DNA of 64,000 bases from Cenarchaeum sp. GTDB lineage: Archaea > Thermoproteota > Nitrososphaeria > Nitrososphaerales > Nitrosopumilaceae. The stretch is from the NCBI GenBank assembly GCA_965212015.1, contig OZ243037.1:192001-256000 (forward strand). The letters run 5' to 3'. How positions within the stretch are numbered: position 1 is the first letter of the stretch; each line of letters opens with the position of its first letter. The position numbers were made by a program, and so were the translations under genes. The notes beneath the pieces were generated by a model that was not told the origin of the DNA, searched no databases, and worked only from the letters and a program-made list of their open reading frames with translations. Positions 46,024-56,855 of this stretch are shown piece after piece.

Positions 46024-46353
46024 CTATTTCAGCTGGATCTCTAAAAGCGAGACAATCTGCAAGAACCGGTCGCGGCTTTTTCGAATCAGCCTGCTTGGAT
46101 ACTCGTCTATGGAAAAGACAAACTGCTCGTGAATGGTGGGCGGCATGACGCCACCGGAGACTATCCTCTGCTCGACTATGTGGCTTCTGCCCAGCGTGCA
46201 GACTATCTCCTCGTAGGAGCCCTCCTCCTCCTCTAGTGTCTGCCTGTACAGCACGATGGGTGCATTGGTGCGGCTGACCACGCCGGAGCCCTTTCTTAGC
46301 AGCTCGACTAGGTGCCGTATCTGCCATGCGTCAAGGCTGATCTGCTTGACCAT
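46024..46353 (-). CDS. Hypothetical protein
   Basis: 109-aa ORF filling the ileS-sucC gap with normal composition. Confidence 0.7.
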   Translation of the reverse strand: MVKQISLDAWQIRHLVELLRKGSGVVSRTNAPIVLYRQTLEEEEGSYEEIVCTLGRSHIVEQRIVSGGVMPPTIHEQFVFSIDEYPSRLIRKSRDRFLQIVSLLEIQLK

Positions 46354-46407
46354 GCTGGTAATACGCAGAGTTTCTATTTATCATGCACGTGTAAAGATTT
46401 TTTGTCA

Positions 46408-49400
46408 TTACTCGACTGAAATTCGGATTTTTTGACCGTCTATATCGTCGTCCTTGTACTGCCTGCACGACTGTACAAAGTCGATTTTTTCGACCCTGAC
46501 TAGAAACGCGAGATCCTTTGTCTTTTCCCCCAAAAGATCCCGCTGCCCCTCATCCAGGCCCAGTATGGATGCCACGCGCAGCATATCGGTGGGATTGTAC
46601 CCCCTCTCCTTTCTGAGTGTCTGAAGCCGTCTTGCAATGTCCTTTACCAGTCCACGCGCAATGTTTCGCGACGTGGAGACGAACACCACAAAATCCCCGC
46701 GACTCGCCACCGCGTGGCCCTCCTTTGAGTCAAAATCCACCGTGAAATCCTCGCTGTCCAGGGTTATCCTGCCTTTGCCTGCGTCAAACCCGCATGTTCC
46801 GTCCTTGCGCAGGCTGGCGACTATCTGCCCGGGATCTGTGGCCTCAAAGCTGCTTACCAGGGCGCCCATGGACTGTTTTGCCCTGGGGCCGACTCTGCCC
46901 CTTTCCAGCCCGATTCTGGGGGCTACGGGGAGGTTTAGATCCATTAGCTCCATCAGCCGCCCCAGGCCGCCGGATGCCTTGATCTCGTGTATGGTGTATT
47001 TTTCCACGTTTAGCTGCGAGAGCAGCAATCCTGAGAGCGACTCTAGCTTTTCTTTTTGTTCTCCGACCACACAAATGACTGCCTCATCAAGCGGCCACCT
47101 GCGCTTTAGCTTTCCGCTCATCCTTGCTGCGGCGGAAACGGAGACTGCCTCCTTGAGCAGATCAAATGACTCCTCGACTGCGTCGTTTTCCATGGCGTCT
47201 TGCGCTGTAGGCCACGATTCAAGCAGGATGCTCTCCTTGCCGGCAAACGTGCCTAGGTACAGATAGTCACTCGTGTACGGGCACAGCGGGTGCACCAGCA
47301 CGTCAAGCGTCCTGAGTACTTTTGAGAGTACTGCGTATATCGCGCGCCGCCTCCCTTTTTTGGAGTCGTCCTCGTCCCACAGCTCCTCTCTGATTATCGG
47401 AACGTAAATCTGGCTTAGCAGGTTGATTATATAGTCCTCAAGCGCCCTTGCGGACTCGTGAAACCTGCACGCGTCGCTTAGCTCGCCGCATTTTTTGATC
47501 AGCTTTTGCAGCTTTGATAGGAGCCACACGTCTGGCGACTGCAAAAGATTCTCCTCCCTTGCCCATGCGACAGTCGTGTTTTTGTCAAACCCGTCATACT
47601 CGCTGTTCTGCCTGAAATACAGGTGCAGGTGGTACAGCGTGCTGAGTACCTGGTACGGCCTCGACATCATCTCGTCTGTGCTAAAGCTCAGCGGCTCAAT
47701 CGGGCTTGACTTCCACATAAAGTAAAACCGAACCAGATCCACCGGATATTCTGTCAGCAATTCCTCCGCGTCGATTACGTTTCCGAGGCTCTTGCTCATC
47801 TTGCCGCCGTTTTTGTCAAGCACGTGGCCCTGAAACAGAAACGACTTGTACGGGGACGTGGGCGAATCACTGCGTATCACGTTTTCAATCAGCAGCGTGT
47901 ACGCCCAGCCCCTGGTCTGATCAATGCCTTCTGTAAAGAATTCTGCGGGAATGTACCTGGAATATGCCTCGTCTGTCAGCGAGGAGAACGGCGCAGCACC
48001 GCTGTTGTGCCACGTGTCTAGCACGAACTGCTCCCTCTCTGTGTCAGTACTGCCGCATTTTGTACACCTTGTCCTGATGCCATCTATCCACGGCCGGTGC
48101 AGCTCAAAGCTCTCCCCGTCGGGAAGATCCACTGCCGCATTGATAATCTCCTGCCTTGAAAAAAACCAGTCCCTGTTTTTGCACTCGGCACAGTTCCACG
48201 CGGGAATGGGGCATCCCCAGAACCTCTCCCTTGAGATGCACCACGGGTGCCTCTCCCGGACTATTCCAAGAAAGCGGTTCCTTGGGGCCTCAAAGAAATA
48301 TTCGACATTTTCAGCGGCCCTGACTGCCTTGTCTTTTAGCCTGTCCAGCTTGTAAAACCACCCCCTTCGCGCCATCCATATTATCCTGTGCCTGGAGCGC
48401 CAGCAGAGCGGATACTTGTGCCTGATTTTTCCAATCTTGACTAGGGCGCCTTTTTCCCTCAGATCGTCGACTATGCGCCTGTCTGCGTCCCTGACAAAGA
48501 GCCCCGCGTACCTGCCTGCATCTGCGGTGAATCTTGCCTCGTCGTCAATCGGGTTAAACACGCTTACGTTGCGCCTCCTTGCAATCCTAATGTCCTCCTC
48601 GCCGTTGGCAGGGGACAGGTGCACCAGCCCGCTTCCCGTGCTTGCGTCGACAAACTCTTCGGCCACTGTGGTGTGATAGTTTTCCTTTTCTGCGAGCTTT
48701 TGCAGCGCCGGAATCTCGTCGTACAGCGGGTGGATGTATCTCTTGCCCTCAAACTCGGAGCCTTTTGCAGTCTTTATAATGCGGTACTCTGTGATTTTTG
48801 CCTCCTGTAACAGCTCGTCGGTCCTGCTTTTTCCGACTATCCACATCTCCTCTCCCACTGTAATGTAATTATAGTCCTCGTTCGGATTCAGGCCCACCAT
48901 TGCGTCTGTTACCAGCGTAAAGGGCATCGTAGTCCAGACAATCAAAAACGCGTCGTCGTCTGCCAGCCTTACCTTGTAGTAGAGCGAGGGATCCTGCACC
49001 TGCTCGTATGCCTGGCCCACCTCTGCATGGCTCAGCGACGCCTGGCAGCTGGGACAGTATGCGATTACGGTATAGTCGTCCTCGAGTATTCCGCCCTGCA
49101 TGGCCTTTTTGAGCAGCTGCCACTCCCTTTCGATGTACCTGTCGTCATACGTCCAGTATGCGCCGTCCTGATCAAGGGACATGCCGAGCAGGCCGTCCAC
49201 CTTGACCCACTTTTTGCTGTATTTTTTTACAATTTTTTTGCACTCGGCTACGAGCTTTTCTATTCCGACCTCCTCCATCAGCTCCTTTTTGCCCCCCTTT
49301 ACCCCGAGCTCCTTTTGCGCCTGCAGCTCCACTGGCAGTCCCTGCGTGTCCCATCCTGCGTTGAAGACTATGTCCTTGCCGCGCAGCGTATTGTACCTGT

Positions 49401-49593
49401 ACCAGAAATCCTTTATCACCCTCCCCCTGAGGTGTCCTGCGTGCGGCGTGCCGTTCATCGTGGGGGGCCCCTCGATGAACATGATCCGATCCCTTTTTGA
49501 CCCGGAGATCTTTTCTTGCAGGTCTATTCCCGCAAGGTGCCGCCTCATATGATCCTCTATCTTTTTGGAGTCGAACTCTTTTGAAAGATCCAT
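46408..49593 (-). CDS. ileS: Isoleucine--tRNA ligase
   Basis: EGPP..NG.PHAGH (HIGH motif), GWDTQGLPVE, WTTMPFTL, EGIDQTRGW and KMSKS. Confidence 0.97.
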   Translation of the reverse strand: MDLSKEFDSKKIEDHMRRHLAGIDLQEKISGSKRDRIMFIEGPPTMNGTPHAGHLRGRVIKDFWYRYNTLRGKDIVFNAGWDTQGLPVELQAQKELGVKGGKKELMEEVGIEKLVAECKKIVKKYSKKWVKVDGLLGMSLDQDGAYWTYDDRYIEREWQLLKKAMQGGILEDDYTVIAYCPSCQASLSHAEVGQAYEQVQDPSLYYKVRLADDDAFLIVWTTMPFTLVTDAMVGLNPNEDYNYITVGEEMWIVGKSRTDELLQEAKITEYRIIKTAKGSEFEGKRYIHPLYDEIPALQKLAEKENYHTTVAEEFVDASTGSGLVHLSPANGEEDIRIARRRNVSVFNPIDDEARFTADAGRYAGLFVRDADRRIVDDLREKGALVKIGKIRHKYPLCWRSRHRIIWMARRGWFYKLDRLKDKAVRAAENVEYFFEAPRNRFLGIVRERHPWCISRERFWGCPIPAWNCAECKNRDWFFSRQEIINAAVDLPDGESFELHRPWIDGIRTRCTKCGSTDTEREQFVLDTWHNSGAAPFSSLTDEAYSRYIPAEFFTEGIDQTRGWAYTLLIENVIRSDSPTSPYKSFLFQGHVLDKNGGKMSKSLGNVIDAEELLTEYPVDLVRFYFMWKSSPIEPLSFSTDEMMSRPYQVLSTLYHLHLYFRQNSEYDGFDKNTTVAWAREENLLQSPDVWLLSKLQKLIKKCGELSDACRFHESARALEDYIINLLSQIYVPIIREELWDEDDSKKGRRRAIYAVLSKVLRTLDVLVHPLCPYTSDYLYLGTFAGKESILLESWPTAQDAMENDAVEESFDLLKEAVSVSAAARMSGKLKRRWPLDEAVICVVGEQKEKLESLSGLLLSQLNVEKYTIHEIKASGGLGRLMELMDLNLPVAPRIGLERGRVGPRAKQSMGALVSSFEATDPGQIVASLRKDGTCGFDAGKGRITLDSEDFTVDFDSKEGHAVASRGDFVVFVSTSRNIARGLVKDIARRLQTLRKERGYNPTDMLRVASILGLDEGQRDLLGEKTKDLAFLVRVEKIDFVQSCRQYKDDDIDGQKIRISVE

Positions 49594-49701
49594 GCGTGAA
49601 TTCCAAGCAATAACACGGCTAAATTAGTCTTACAATTGATTACCGCGGGGGCCAAGGCGGCGCCGGGCACTTGCCGCTTTTGCGCGCAGGCGCCCGCACC
49701 T

Positions 49702-50271
49702 TTAGGATCGTTTCGTGACCCTGATTATCTCGTCTTCTGTGACAATCCAGTCCATGCCGACATCATCAGAGGTGACCGGGATGGATTTTACCATCTGTCT
49801 TGAATACGACACTGCAAATGACACGGTGTCGGTTTTTGCAAGAAACCGGTCATAGTATCCGCGCCCGTATCCGAGCCTGGAGCCGTCCCTTGAGAGTCCG
49901 ACAGACGGGACTATTGTGACGTCGGGATTCTCGCACGGCGGGGCGTCCTCTCTGGGCTCCATGATGTCATATGCGCCCCTCTCCATTCCCTCCATGCCCG
50001 TTATCTGCCTAAAGTGCATCTCTTTTTGTGCAATCCTGGGAAGGCAGACCTGTCTTCCGCGGCTCAGCGCGTCGAGCATAATGTCGTGCGTCAGGATCTC
50101 GCTTCCCGTCGGATAATAGCACGCGACTGACTGTGCATCCCTGAACTCCCTGATGGTGCCCAGCTTGCGGAATATCTTTTGGCTGACTATTCCTATCATG
50201 TCGTGCGAGTTGGCGTCCCTTCTCTCAAGCAGCATCTTGCGGAGCGCCGACTTTTTAGGATCCTGGGCCAA
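49702..50271 (-). CDS. 5-formyltetrahydrofolate cyclo-ligase
   Basis: KSALRK and RLGYGRGYYDRFL. Confidence 0.93.
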   Translation of the reverse strand: MAQDPKKSALRKMLLERRDANSHDMIGIVSQKIFRKLGTIREFRDAQSVACYYPTGSEILTHDIMLDALSRGRQVCLPRIAQKEMHFRQITGMEGMERGAYDIMEPREDAPPCENPDVTIVPSVGLSRDGSRLGYGRGYYDRFLAKTDTVSFAVSYSRQMVKSIPVTSDDVGMDWIVTEDEIIRVTKRS

Positions 50272-51121
50272 GTCCCCCGCTCAGTGACGCCGCCATTACC
50301 GTGTTTTTTAGCAGCATTGCGACAGTCATCGGCCCCACGCCCCCGGGAACCGGGGTGGCGTACGACGCCTTTTTGATTATCTCGTCATAATCCGCATCCC
50401 CCGCAAGCTTGCCGCCGCGTCTGGAAATGGCGACATCGATGACTATTGCGCCGTCCCTTATCATGTCCGGGGCAAGCTCAAATGCGTCCCTGTTGCCCAC
50501 TCCGGTAATTACAATGTCTGCGCTCCGGCAGTGTCCTGCAATGTCCCTTGACTTGGAATGGCACACGGTGACAGTGGCGTCCCGCTCTAGCAGCAGGTTG
50601 AAAAGCGGCCTTCCCACAAGGCCGCTGCGGTTTATGATTACCACGTGCTTTCCCGCAAGCCCGATATTGCAAAAATCAAACATCTCCATTATTCCAGACG
50701 GGGTGCATGCGATCAGGGCGGCCTTTTTCATGGAGAGCAGCCCGGCATTGTGCGGCGTCAGCCCGTCGACGTCCTTTGTCGGCAGAATCCTCGAGACTGT
50801 CTCAAACGCATCCAGGCCTGCCGGCAGCGGCATCTGCACGAGTATCCCGTGGACCGCACCGTCGCAGCTTAGCCGCTCGACGAGCTGGTTTAGCTCGTCT
50901 TGCGATGCGGATTCGAGCCTGTGATCTCTTGTGGCGATTCCCACCTCCTGGCACGCCCTGTGCTTGTTTTTTACGTATGTTGCCGACGCGGGATCATCGC
51001 CTACCAGCACGGTCGCAAGGCACGGATTGACGCCCCGTGACTTTAGTATGTCCACTGATTTTTTTACCCTGTCTTTTACTGACTGTGCGATGAGATTGCC
51101 GTCGATCTTGGTTCCGGGCAT
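50255..51121 (-). CDS. folD: Bifunctional methylene-THF dehydrogenase/cyclohydrolase
   Basis: Motifs YVKNK, KDVDG, CTPSG and TPVPGGVGPMT. Confidence 0.96.
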   Translation of the reverse strand: MPGTKIDGNLIAQSVKDRVKKSVDILKSRGVNPCLATVLVGDDPASATYVKNKHRACQEVGIATRDHRLESASQDELNQLVERLSCDGAVHGILVQMPLPAGLDAFETVSRILPTKDVDGLTPHNAGLLSMKKAALIACTPSGIMEMFDFCNIGLAGKHVVIINRSGLVGRPLFNLLLERDATVTVCHSKSRDIAGHCRSADIVITGVGNRDAFELAPDMIRDGAIVIDVAISRRGGKLAGDADYDEIIKKASYATPVPGGVGPMTVAMLLKNTVMAASLSGGLGPGS

Positions 51122-51247
51122 TGCGTGTAGTGCGGTTTTTTGCTATTTATTCCTTGGATTGTACCGCATTGATCCCGTTTATGGCATTACCCGTGGTTTA
51201 TATCAAATCCCGCGGCCATTACCTCTGATTTGCCCGGAAAAGTGCGC

Positions 51248-52189
51248 ATGACAAAAAACGGAATATCATACGAGACTCCCCGGCACACGGTGGCCCTTGA
51301 TCCGCGGCGGGCAGACAGGTGCGGCATAAACTTTGTCTCACACGCGCACATGGATCACCTTCCGGCCTGCAACGGCGGCGTGATCCTTGCATCAGTCGAG
51401 ACCGGCCGGATTGCCGGCCTGAGGGGATTTGGGATGGAAAACCGCGTCGAGAGCATGGAGGGATTTACGATGATAGACAGCGGGCACATTCTCGGGGCGC
51501 GGGGGCTGCTGACTGACGATCTTTTTTACACGGGGGACACGTGCGGCAGGAGCAGGGGGTTTCTTCCCGCGGCGCGAATCCCGGAATGCAAGACCATGAT
51601 TACAGAGTGCACGTTTGGGCTGCCAGAGTTCGAGTTTCCGGAAATCCGGCATATAGTCTCGCAGGTAAACGGGATAATTGCAGACATGTACTCCAAGGGC
51701 AGGCCCGTAATACTGATGGGATACGAGCTTGGCAAGGCGCAGACGCTCAGCGATTTGTTTGGGCACTGGGAGCCGCTTGTATACCACGACTCTGTAAAAA
51801 AAATGAACGACCTGCACCGGGATCTCGGAATAAGCCTGAGGCCGGCACCGGGGCACACGGAGGCAGAATCGGCGGGAATTCTTGCGAAAAAGCCGTGGGT
51901 AATGATTGCCCCGATGATGTCCGAGAAAAACCCGTTTGTTCTCCGCATGAAGTCCGAGTATGACGCGATAACTGTGGGCTTTAGCGGGTGGGCAAAGTCC
52001 AGACGGTTTGCATTCGGACGCCGGTGCGACTATTCGATTCCGCTCAGCGATCACTGCGACTTTGGCGAGCTAGTCGCGATGGTAAAAAAATCCGGCGCCG
52101 AAAAGGTGTACACGACCCACGGGTTTGTCGGCGAGTTTGCAGCCAGCCTCAACGGAATGGGAATCGACGCGCGGCCGCTTTTGGCCTAG
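51248..52189 (+). CDS. Metallo-beta-lactamase/beta-CASP exonuclease
   Basis: Motifs SHAHMDH, SGHILG, YTGD, ECTFG, LSDHCDF and THG. Confidence 0.88.
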   Translation: MTKNGISYETPRHTVALDPRRADRCGINFVSHAHMDHLPACNGGVILASVETGRIAGLRGFGMENRVESMEGFTMIDSGHILGARGLLTDDLFYTGDTCGRSRGFLPAARIPECKTMITECTFGLPEFEFPEIRHIVSQVNGIIADMYSKGRPVILMGYELGKAQTLSDLFGHWEPLVYHDSVKKMNDLHRDLGISLRPAPGHTEAESAGILAKKPWVMIAPMMSEKNPFVLRMKSEYDAITVGFSGWAKSRRFAFGRRCDYSIPLSDHCDFGELVAMVKKSGAEKVYTTHGFVGEFAASLNGMGIDARPLLA

Positions 52190-52419
52190 GTGCGCACGAA
52201 CCTTTTGCACGCGCACTCTGGCACTAGGCACGTCTCTGATTCTCCGATGTGCCTGTCTGCGCCGTGGCCGCACCGGACGTCCTTGCACGTGCCCCTGCCT
52301 GTCTCCCTCCGGATCACACTCTGTGCGATAGAGTTTGCCTTGTCCCTGGCGTACCCCTTTTTGTCCATGTAAAAGTGGACAATCTTGTTGTACAGAAGAT
52401 CCGAATCAATCCTTGCCAA
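52186..52419 (-). CDS. Small hypothetical protein with a Cys/His-rich C-terminus
   Basis: C...CGH...H.....C...C.C pattern. Confidence 0.65.
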   Translation of the reverse strand: MARIDSDLLYNKIVHFYMDKKGYARDKANSIAQSVIRRETGRGTCKDVRCGHGADRHIGESETCLVPECACKRFVRT

Positions 52420-52662
52420 CTAGCGTCCGCCCTGGGAGGGTATCTGGTGAAGCGTTACGGTGGAGCGAATCCTGGGAATCTTTCTTATCTTGCGGACCGT
52501 CCCGTCAAGGCCCTCCTTTGACCCTGCCTGAATCTTGCAAAAAATGTCATAAATGCCGTACGTGCCACGCACCTCGATTACCTCCGATATCCCGCCCAGC
52601 TCATCTATGATTTCCGTCTCCTTTCCCAAGTCGCACTGGATGAGGACGTATACTGTCTCCAT
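52420..52662 (-). CDS. Lrp/AsnC ligand-binding (RAM) domain protein
   Basis: YVLIQCDLGKE...GTYGIYDIFCKI...IRKIPRIRSTVTL. Confidence 0.85.
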   Translation of the reverse strand: METVYVLIQCDLGKETEIIDELGGISEVIEVRGTYGIYDIFCKIQAGSKEGLDGTVRKIRKIPRIRSTVTLHQIPSQGGR

Positions 52663-52772
52663 GTCCATTGGCATGCGGCTGTATTTTATATAATCATGCC
52701 TGATCCCAATTCCCGCAAGAGCCGTGCGCCTAGAATCATATATGTGCGGCCTCCCCTTATACATGGCAAGCC

Positions 52773-53537
52773 ATGAGGGCCATATTTTACGTGATAATTC
52801 CCGCCGTGGCGTTTGCACTCGTGCTTGTAAACGCGTTTTTTGGCCACATGATCTTCGAGTCCGGCGATCTGGTTCTCAACAAGTATGCCATTTACATACA
52901 CCTGCAGCCAGAATGGGACAGCCATCCAAGGAACATAATCTATGACGTCACCAATTCGTGGTACAGGACCGGTGACGCACCCGGGCCTGCAAATGCGACA
53001 TACAACGAAAACCGCCTGCAAAAGATCAACGGCAGGCAGTTTGTGGAGCTAAAGCACGGCTTTAGCGACTGCAGGGACGAATGGAGCCCGATCATATACC
53101 GGCAGGCCATAGACGCCGTGCGCCACGAGGTGGACTATCTCTACGGCGTGCAGCTAAGCGCCAATCCCGGAATCTCGGTTTATCCCGACGTGGAAAACAC
53201 GGGGCACGACTCTGGACAGCAGGCTCAAAAAATCCGGGACGGCTATGCGCAGTTCATACCCGTGTGCACGTCAAGGGAAAAGACCACCTACGACTATAGC
53301 ATAAGGACCGATGACGTGGGATTTGACGTGTATTTCGTGGCATCGCAGCAGCAGGCAGAAGATTTCTACGGCGGGGATTTCGGCCATTACGGCGAATCCG
53401 GATGCTTTGCTCGCAACATGAAGAGCTTTAGCGGCACGTGCGACGTGGAGAGGGGCGGCGGCCTGCTGGTGATAGTTCCCGACGAGCTAGAGTCCTCCAC
53501 AAGCAAGATTACCGTAAACCTGTACGAGAGGGACTAG
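52773..53537 (+). CDS. Hypothetical membrane-anchored/secreted protein
   Basis: N-terminal hydrophobic helix and 4 Cys; 254 aa. Confidence 0.7.
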   Translation: MRAIFYVIIPAVAFALVLVNAFFGHMIFESGDLVLNKYAIYIHLQPEWDSHPRNIIYDVTNSWYRTGDAPGPANATYNENRLQKINGRQFVELKHGFSDCRDEWSPIIYRQAIDAVRHEVDYLYGVQLSANPGISVYPDVENTGHDSGQQAQKIRDGYAQFIPVCTSREKTTYDYSIRTDDVGFDVYFVASQQQAEDFYGGDFGHYGESGCFARNMKSFSGTCDVERGGGLLVIVPDELESSTSKITVNLYERD

Positions 53538-53845
53538 CCAAAGCTGACATACCTGTCGTAGCGCTTTTCAATCTCCTTGTTTTGGCCGTCCATTATCCTG
53601 CGGATCTCTGCTGTCTTGCGGTCCCTGACGTACTGTGTAATCTCGCCATATGCCCCGTCGGCAGGATACGACTCAAAGACCGGCGCGAGCATGCCAAAGT
53701 ATTCTGCCGCCTTGGCGCGAAACTCTTTTCTTGTGGGTTTTTTATGCCCTGCCAGGCGGAACCAGACGGTGGCCCAGCTTGCCCCCACTATGTGCGGCAG
53801 CAGATCAAAGGCCCTTGCAATCTCAAACTCTTGATCGTATCTCAT
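53534..53845 (-). CDS. Hypothetical protein
   Basis: 103-aa ORF coupled downstream of hemB. Confidence 0.7.
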   Translation of the reverse strand: MRYDQEFEIARAFDLLPHIVGASWATVWFRLAGHKKPTRKEFRAKAAEYFGMLAPVFESYPADGAYGEITQYVRDRKTAEIRRIMDGQNKEIEKRYDRYVSFG

Positions 53846-54818
53846 CTTGCATCATCTCTGCGGCGGTCTTTGCAAAATACGTGACTATCATGTCTGCACC
53901 GGCCCTCTTTATGGAGTGCAGTATCTCGCAGACCAGATCCTTTTCTTGCACCCATCCTTGCAGCGAGGCTGCCTTGACTAGGGCGTACTCGCCTGATACG
54001 CTGTATGCGGCAATCGGGACGTTAAAGCGCCTTTTTGTGTGTGCGATCAGATCCAGATAGGACAGGGCGGGTTTTATCATTACCACGTCTACGCCCTCGT
54101 TAATGTCGGCCTCTATCTCCCTGAGTGCCTCGCGCGCGTTGGTGTACGGGACCTGGTACGTCTTTCTGTCGCCGAATTTTGGCGCACATTCGGCCGCATC
54201 GCGAAACGGAGAGTAAAACGACGATCTGTGCTTTGCCGAATGCGACATTATCGCCACGTCTGAAAACCCCTGCGCGTCAAGCGCAGCCCTGATTGCTGCG
54301 ACCTGTCCGTCCATCATCGCCGACGGGGACACCACGTCGGCGCCTGCCTTTGCCTGGCTTGCCGCAATCCTGGCAAGAACCTCCGTGCTTGAATCGTTGT
54401 CTATCCTGCCGTCCTTGACTAGTCCGCAGTGGCCAGACGTCGTATACTGGCACAGGCACACGTCTGACATGACAGTAATCCTGTCCGTATAACTGCCCTT
54501 GATATCTGCGATCGCCTTTTGCGTGATTCCGTCTGCGTCAAACGCAGACGATCCTGCGTCGTCTTTATTTGCGGGGATTCCAAACACCATCACCGACGAG
54601 ATTCCAAGCCCCAGAATATCGTCGATCTCGCCGGCTATGTCGCCGAGCGGAATCCGGTGTATGCCCGGCATGGATTCTATCTGCGTTTTTTCCCCAAGGC
54701 CCTCCTGTACAAAGACTGGACAGATGAGATCACCTGGCAGGAGTGCAGTCTCCCTGACTAGGCCCCTCATGCTTTCTGACGACCTGAGTCTCCTGAGACG
54801 CCTGGTTGGAAATGACAT
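53823..54818 (-). CDS. hemB: Porphobilinogen synthase
   Basis: Motifs RLRRLR, DVCLCQYTTSGHCG, MMDG, FYSPFRDA, MIKPAL and SGEY. Confidence 0.97.
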   Translation of the reverse strand: MSFPTRRLRRLRSSESMRGLVRETALLPGDLICPVFVQEGLGEKTQIESMPGIHRIPLGDIAGEIDDILGLGISSVMVFGIPANKDDAGSSAFDADGITQKAIADIKGSYTDRITVMSDVCLCQYTTSGHCGLVKDGRIDNDSSTEVLARIAASQAKAGADVVSPSAMMDGQVAAIRAALDAQGFSDVAIMSHSAKHRSSFYSPFRDAAECAPKFGDRKTYQVPYTNAREALREIEADINEGVDVVMIKPALSYLDLIAHTKRRFNVPIAAYSVSGEYALVKAASLQGWVQEKDLVCEILHSIKRAGADMIVTYFAKTAAEMMQDEIRSRV

Positions 54819-54848
54819 GCCGTTGTCTTGGCTTTTGCAAATATAATT

Positions 54849-56111
54849 CTAGTCGGATTCCTTTTTGTAATCAAACAGCCTCGAGGCGGCATTGACGACT
54901 TGGGAGTCGCCCTGCTCTGAGGCCTTTCTCAGGTTGTTCATGGGGACTGACACGGTGCTTTCAATTATTGCCTTTGTCAGGTCCTCGATTATCTTGATCT
55001 CGCCGGCATCCCTGCTGCCCAGCATCTGCAGCGCCTTTTGGAGCTCTTTTTTTCTCAGCGAGTCGACGCTTTTAAAGACGTCCTTTACAATCGGTTCGGC
55101 ATCCAGTCTGTTCATGACGGCATTGACTGTTGGGATTTCATCGTTTATTATGCTTTCAACTGTCTTTACCTTGTTCATCCTGTTTCTCATGTTCTTGTCG
55201 ACCATCTCTGCAATCTGATCCAGGTTCATCAGCTTGATTCCCCCGAGTGTGGCCACCTTTTCATCAACCGTTCTGGGGTTGGACAGATCCAGAATCATCA
55301 TGCCGCCGGCTCTCTCCTTTAGCGCCCCGACTATCCTGTCGTATGTCACCAGAAAATACGGCGCAGTAGTGGCCACGAACAGGACGTCATAGTTGTTGAA
55401 TCCCCCAAGCACGTCCTCGAACCTGGCCGACCTGCCCCCCATCGTCTCGCAAAAGGCCTGCGAGCGCCTGAGCGTCCTGCTTGTCACATCAAAGCCGTAT
55501 CCCCTCCTGCCGAGCGACTTTGCGACAAGCGTTGATACCTCGCCGGTGCCGATGATCAGGATTTTTTTGGACTTTAGGCCGTCAATGTTCTCCTCTGCCA
55601 GCTTTACTGCCATGGAGCCCACCGAAATCCCGCCCTGGCTTATTCCGGTAGAGTTTCTAATCCGGACCCCTATCCGGATTGCCTTGTCAAACAGCGTGTT
55701 TAGCTTTTCGCCTGACGCCCTGACTGATCTTGATGCCGTGATGGATTCCTTGATCTGTCCCAGAATCTGCTCCTCGCCTATCACCATCGAGTCCAGTCCT
55801 GATGTGAGCCTCAGCAGGTGCTCAAGGACGCCGCCGTCTGTGGCGAATCTCACCTCCTCGAGTGCCTCCTTTTCCAGTCCGGCAAGCGACGCCCATGTTT
55901 TTTTGATCTTTTCTGCGTCAAAATCCGGCGACGCGCCGAACAGCTCTACCCTGTTGCAGGTCTGCACTATAACGCACTCGTCCAGGCCCGAATGTTCCAT
56001 GAACCTTGCCAGCGCCGAATCCCGGTCCTTGAAGGTAAATCTTTCCAGAACGTGTATTGGCGCGGTGTGAAAGGTTATCCTTGCATTTACCAGCTTTTGC
56101 TTCATTTCCAT
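54849..56111 (-). CDS. hemA: Glutamyl-tRNA reductase
   Basis: Motifs TCNRVE, SGLDSMVIGEEQILGQ and DLSNPR. Confidence 0.97.
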   Translation of the reverse strand: MEMKQKLVNARITFHTAPIHVLERFTFKDRDSALARFMEHSGLDECVIVQTCNRVELFGASPDFDAEKIKKTWASLAGLEKEALEEVRFATDGGVLEHLLRLTSGLDSMVIGEEQILGQIKESITASRSVRASGEKLNTLFDKAIRIGVRIRNSTGISQGGISVGSMAVKLAEENIDGLKSKKILIIGTGEVSTLVAKSLGRRGYGFDVTSRTLRRSQAFCETMGGRSARFEDVLGGFNNYDVLFVATTAPYFLVTYDRIVGALKERAGGMMILDLSNPRTVDEKVATLGGIKLMNLDQIAEMVDKNMRNRMNKVKTVESIINDEIPTVNAVMNRLDAEPIVKDVFKSVDSLRKKELQKALQMLGSRDAGEIKIIEDLTKAIIESTVSVPMNNLRKASEQGDSQVVNAASRLFDYKKESD

Positions 56112-56755
56112 TCCTTTAGAAGAGTCATTGCCCGTCTCTGTGCCATGTTTAGCTTGCCGTCTTTTATTAACTGTTCAATCTCGCCGTCGCCTGCCAGCCT
56201 GTACAGGTATCTTTTTCGCTGTGCCTGCGTGCCAAGCCTCTTTTTTGCCTCCTCCCTCATGCGCTCCTGCAGCCTTATCTGCAAAACGTCCTCTTTTTTT
56301 ATGACCTCCCTTAGCACTCGTTCTGCCTTTTGCGTTATTTTTTTGGCCATGACGGGGCTTTTTCCGCCAGTCGATACGGCCACCTGGACTGAATCCAGTA
56401 TGTTTATCACCGAGGGGTGTGCAAAATCGCTGGATTTTGGATCATCAGAGGCGTAGGCAAAACAGTTCATCGCCCTTGCCTTTTTTGCGATTTTTCTGTT
56501 CAGCTCGTGATCGTCTGTGGCGGCCATTACCATGCGGGGCCTGTATCCTGAGAGAAATCCGGCGCCTTTCAGCCTTGCCTCCTTGAAGCGGATTTTTTTT
56601 TCAGCCGCGTATTTTTTGATCTGAGGGCCTGCCGTCTCGGCTATTACCAGTATCTTGCAGTCCTGCGTGCGCAAAGAGTTGATTTTTTTCAGGGCCTCGG
56701 CGCCTGCCCCGACTATGATTACCAGGCCCCCGTGAAGGTGCAAATCGACGATCAA
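56102..56755 (-). CDS. Precorrin-2 dehydrogenase/ferrochelatase (SirC / CysG N-terminal type)
   Basis: TTG start at 56755 (LIVDLHL). Motifs IVGAG, AATDD..LN and VSTGGKSP. Confidence 0.9.
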   Translation of the reverse strand: MIVDLHLHGGLVIIVGAGAEALKKINSLRTQDCKILVIAETAGPQIKKYAAEKKIRFKEARLKGAGFLSGYRPRMVMAATDDHELNRKIAKKARAMNCFAYASDDPKSSDFAHPSVINILDSVQVAVSTGGKSPVMAKKITQKAERVLREVIKKEDVLQIRLQERMREEAKKRLGTQAQRKRYLYRLAGDGEIEQLIKDGKLNMAQRRAMTLLKEWK

Positions 56756-56855
56756 TCGATTCTGCAGGTGTGATTTTCTATTTAAAACTATGATCGCCTC
56801 CTGCAGGCGACGATCCCGGCGGCCGGGAATCTTCTTTAGGTACTGCCTGCATATT

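Noticed and set aside
49640-49700. GC-rich hairpin upstream of ileS as a riboswitch or T-box
   Set aside because: It is a short imperfect stem expected by chance at this GC content, it has no T-box motif, and T-boxes are bacterial.
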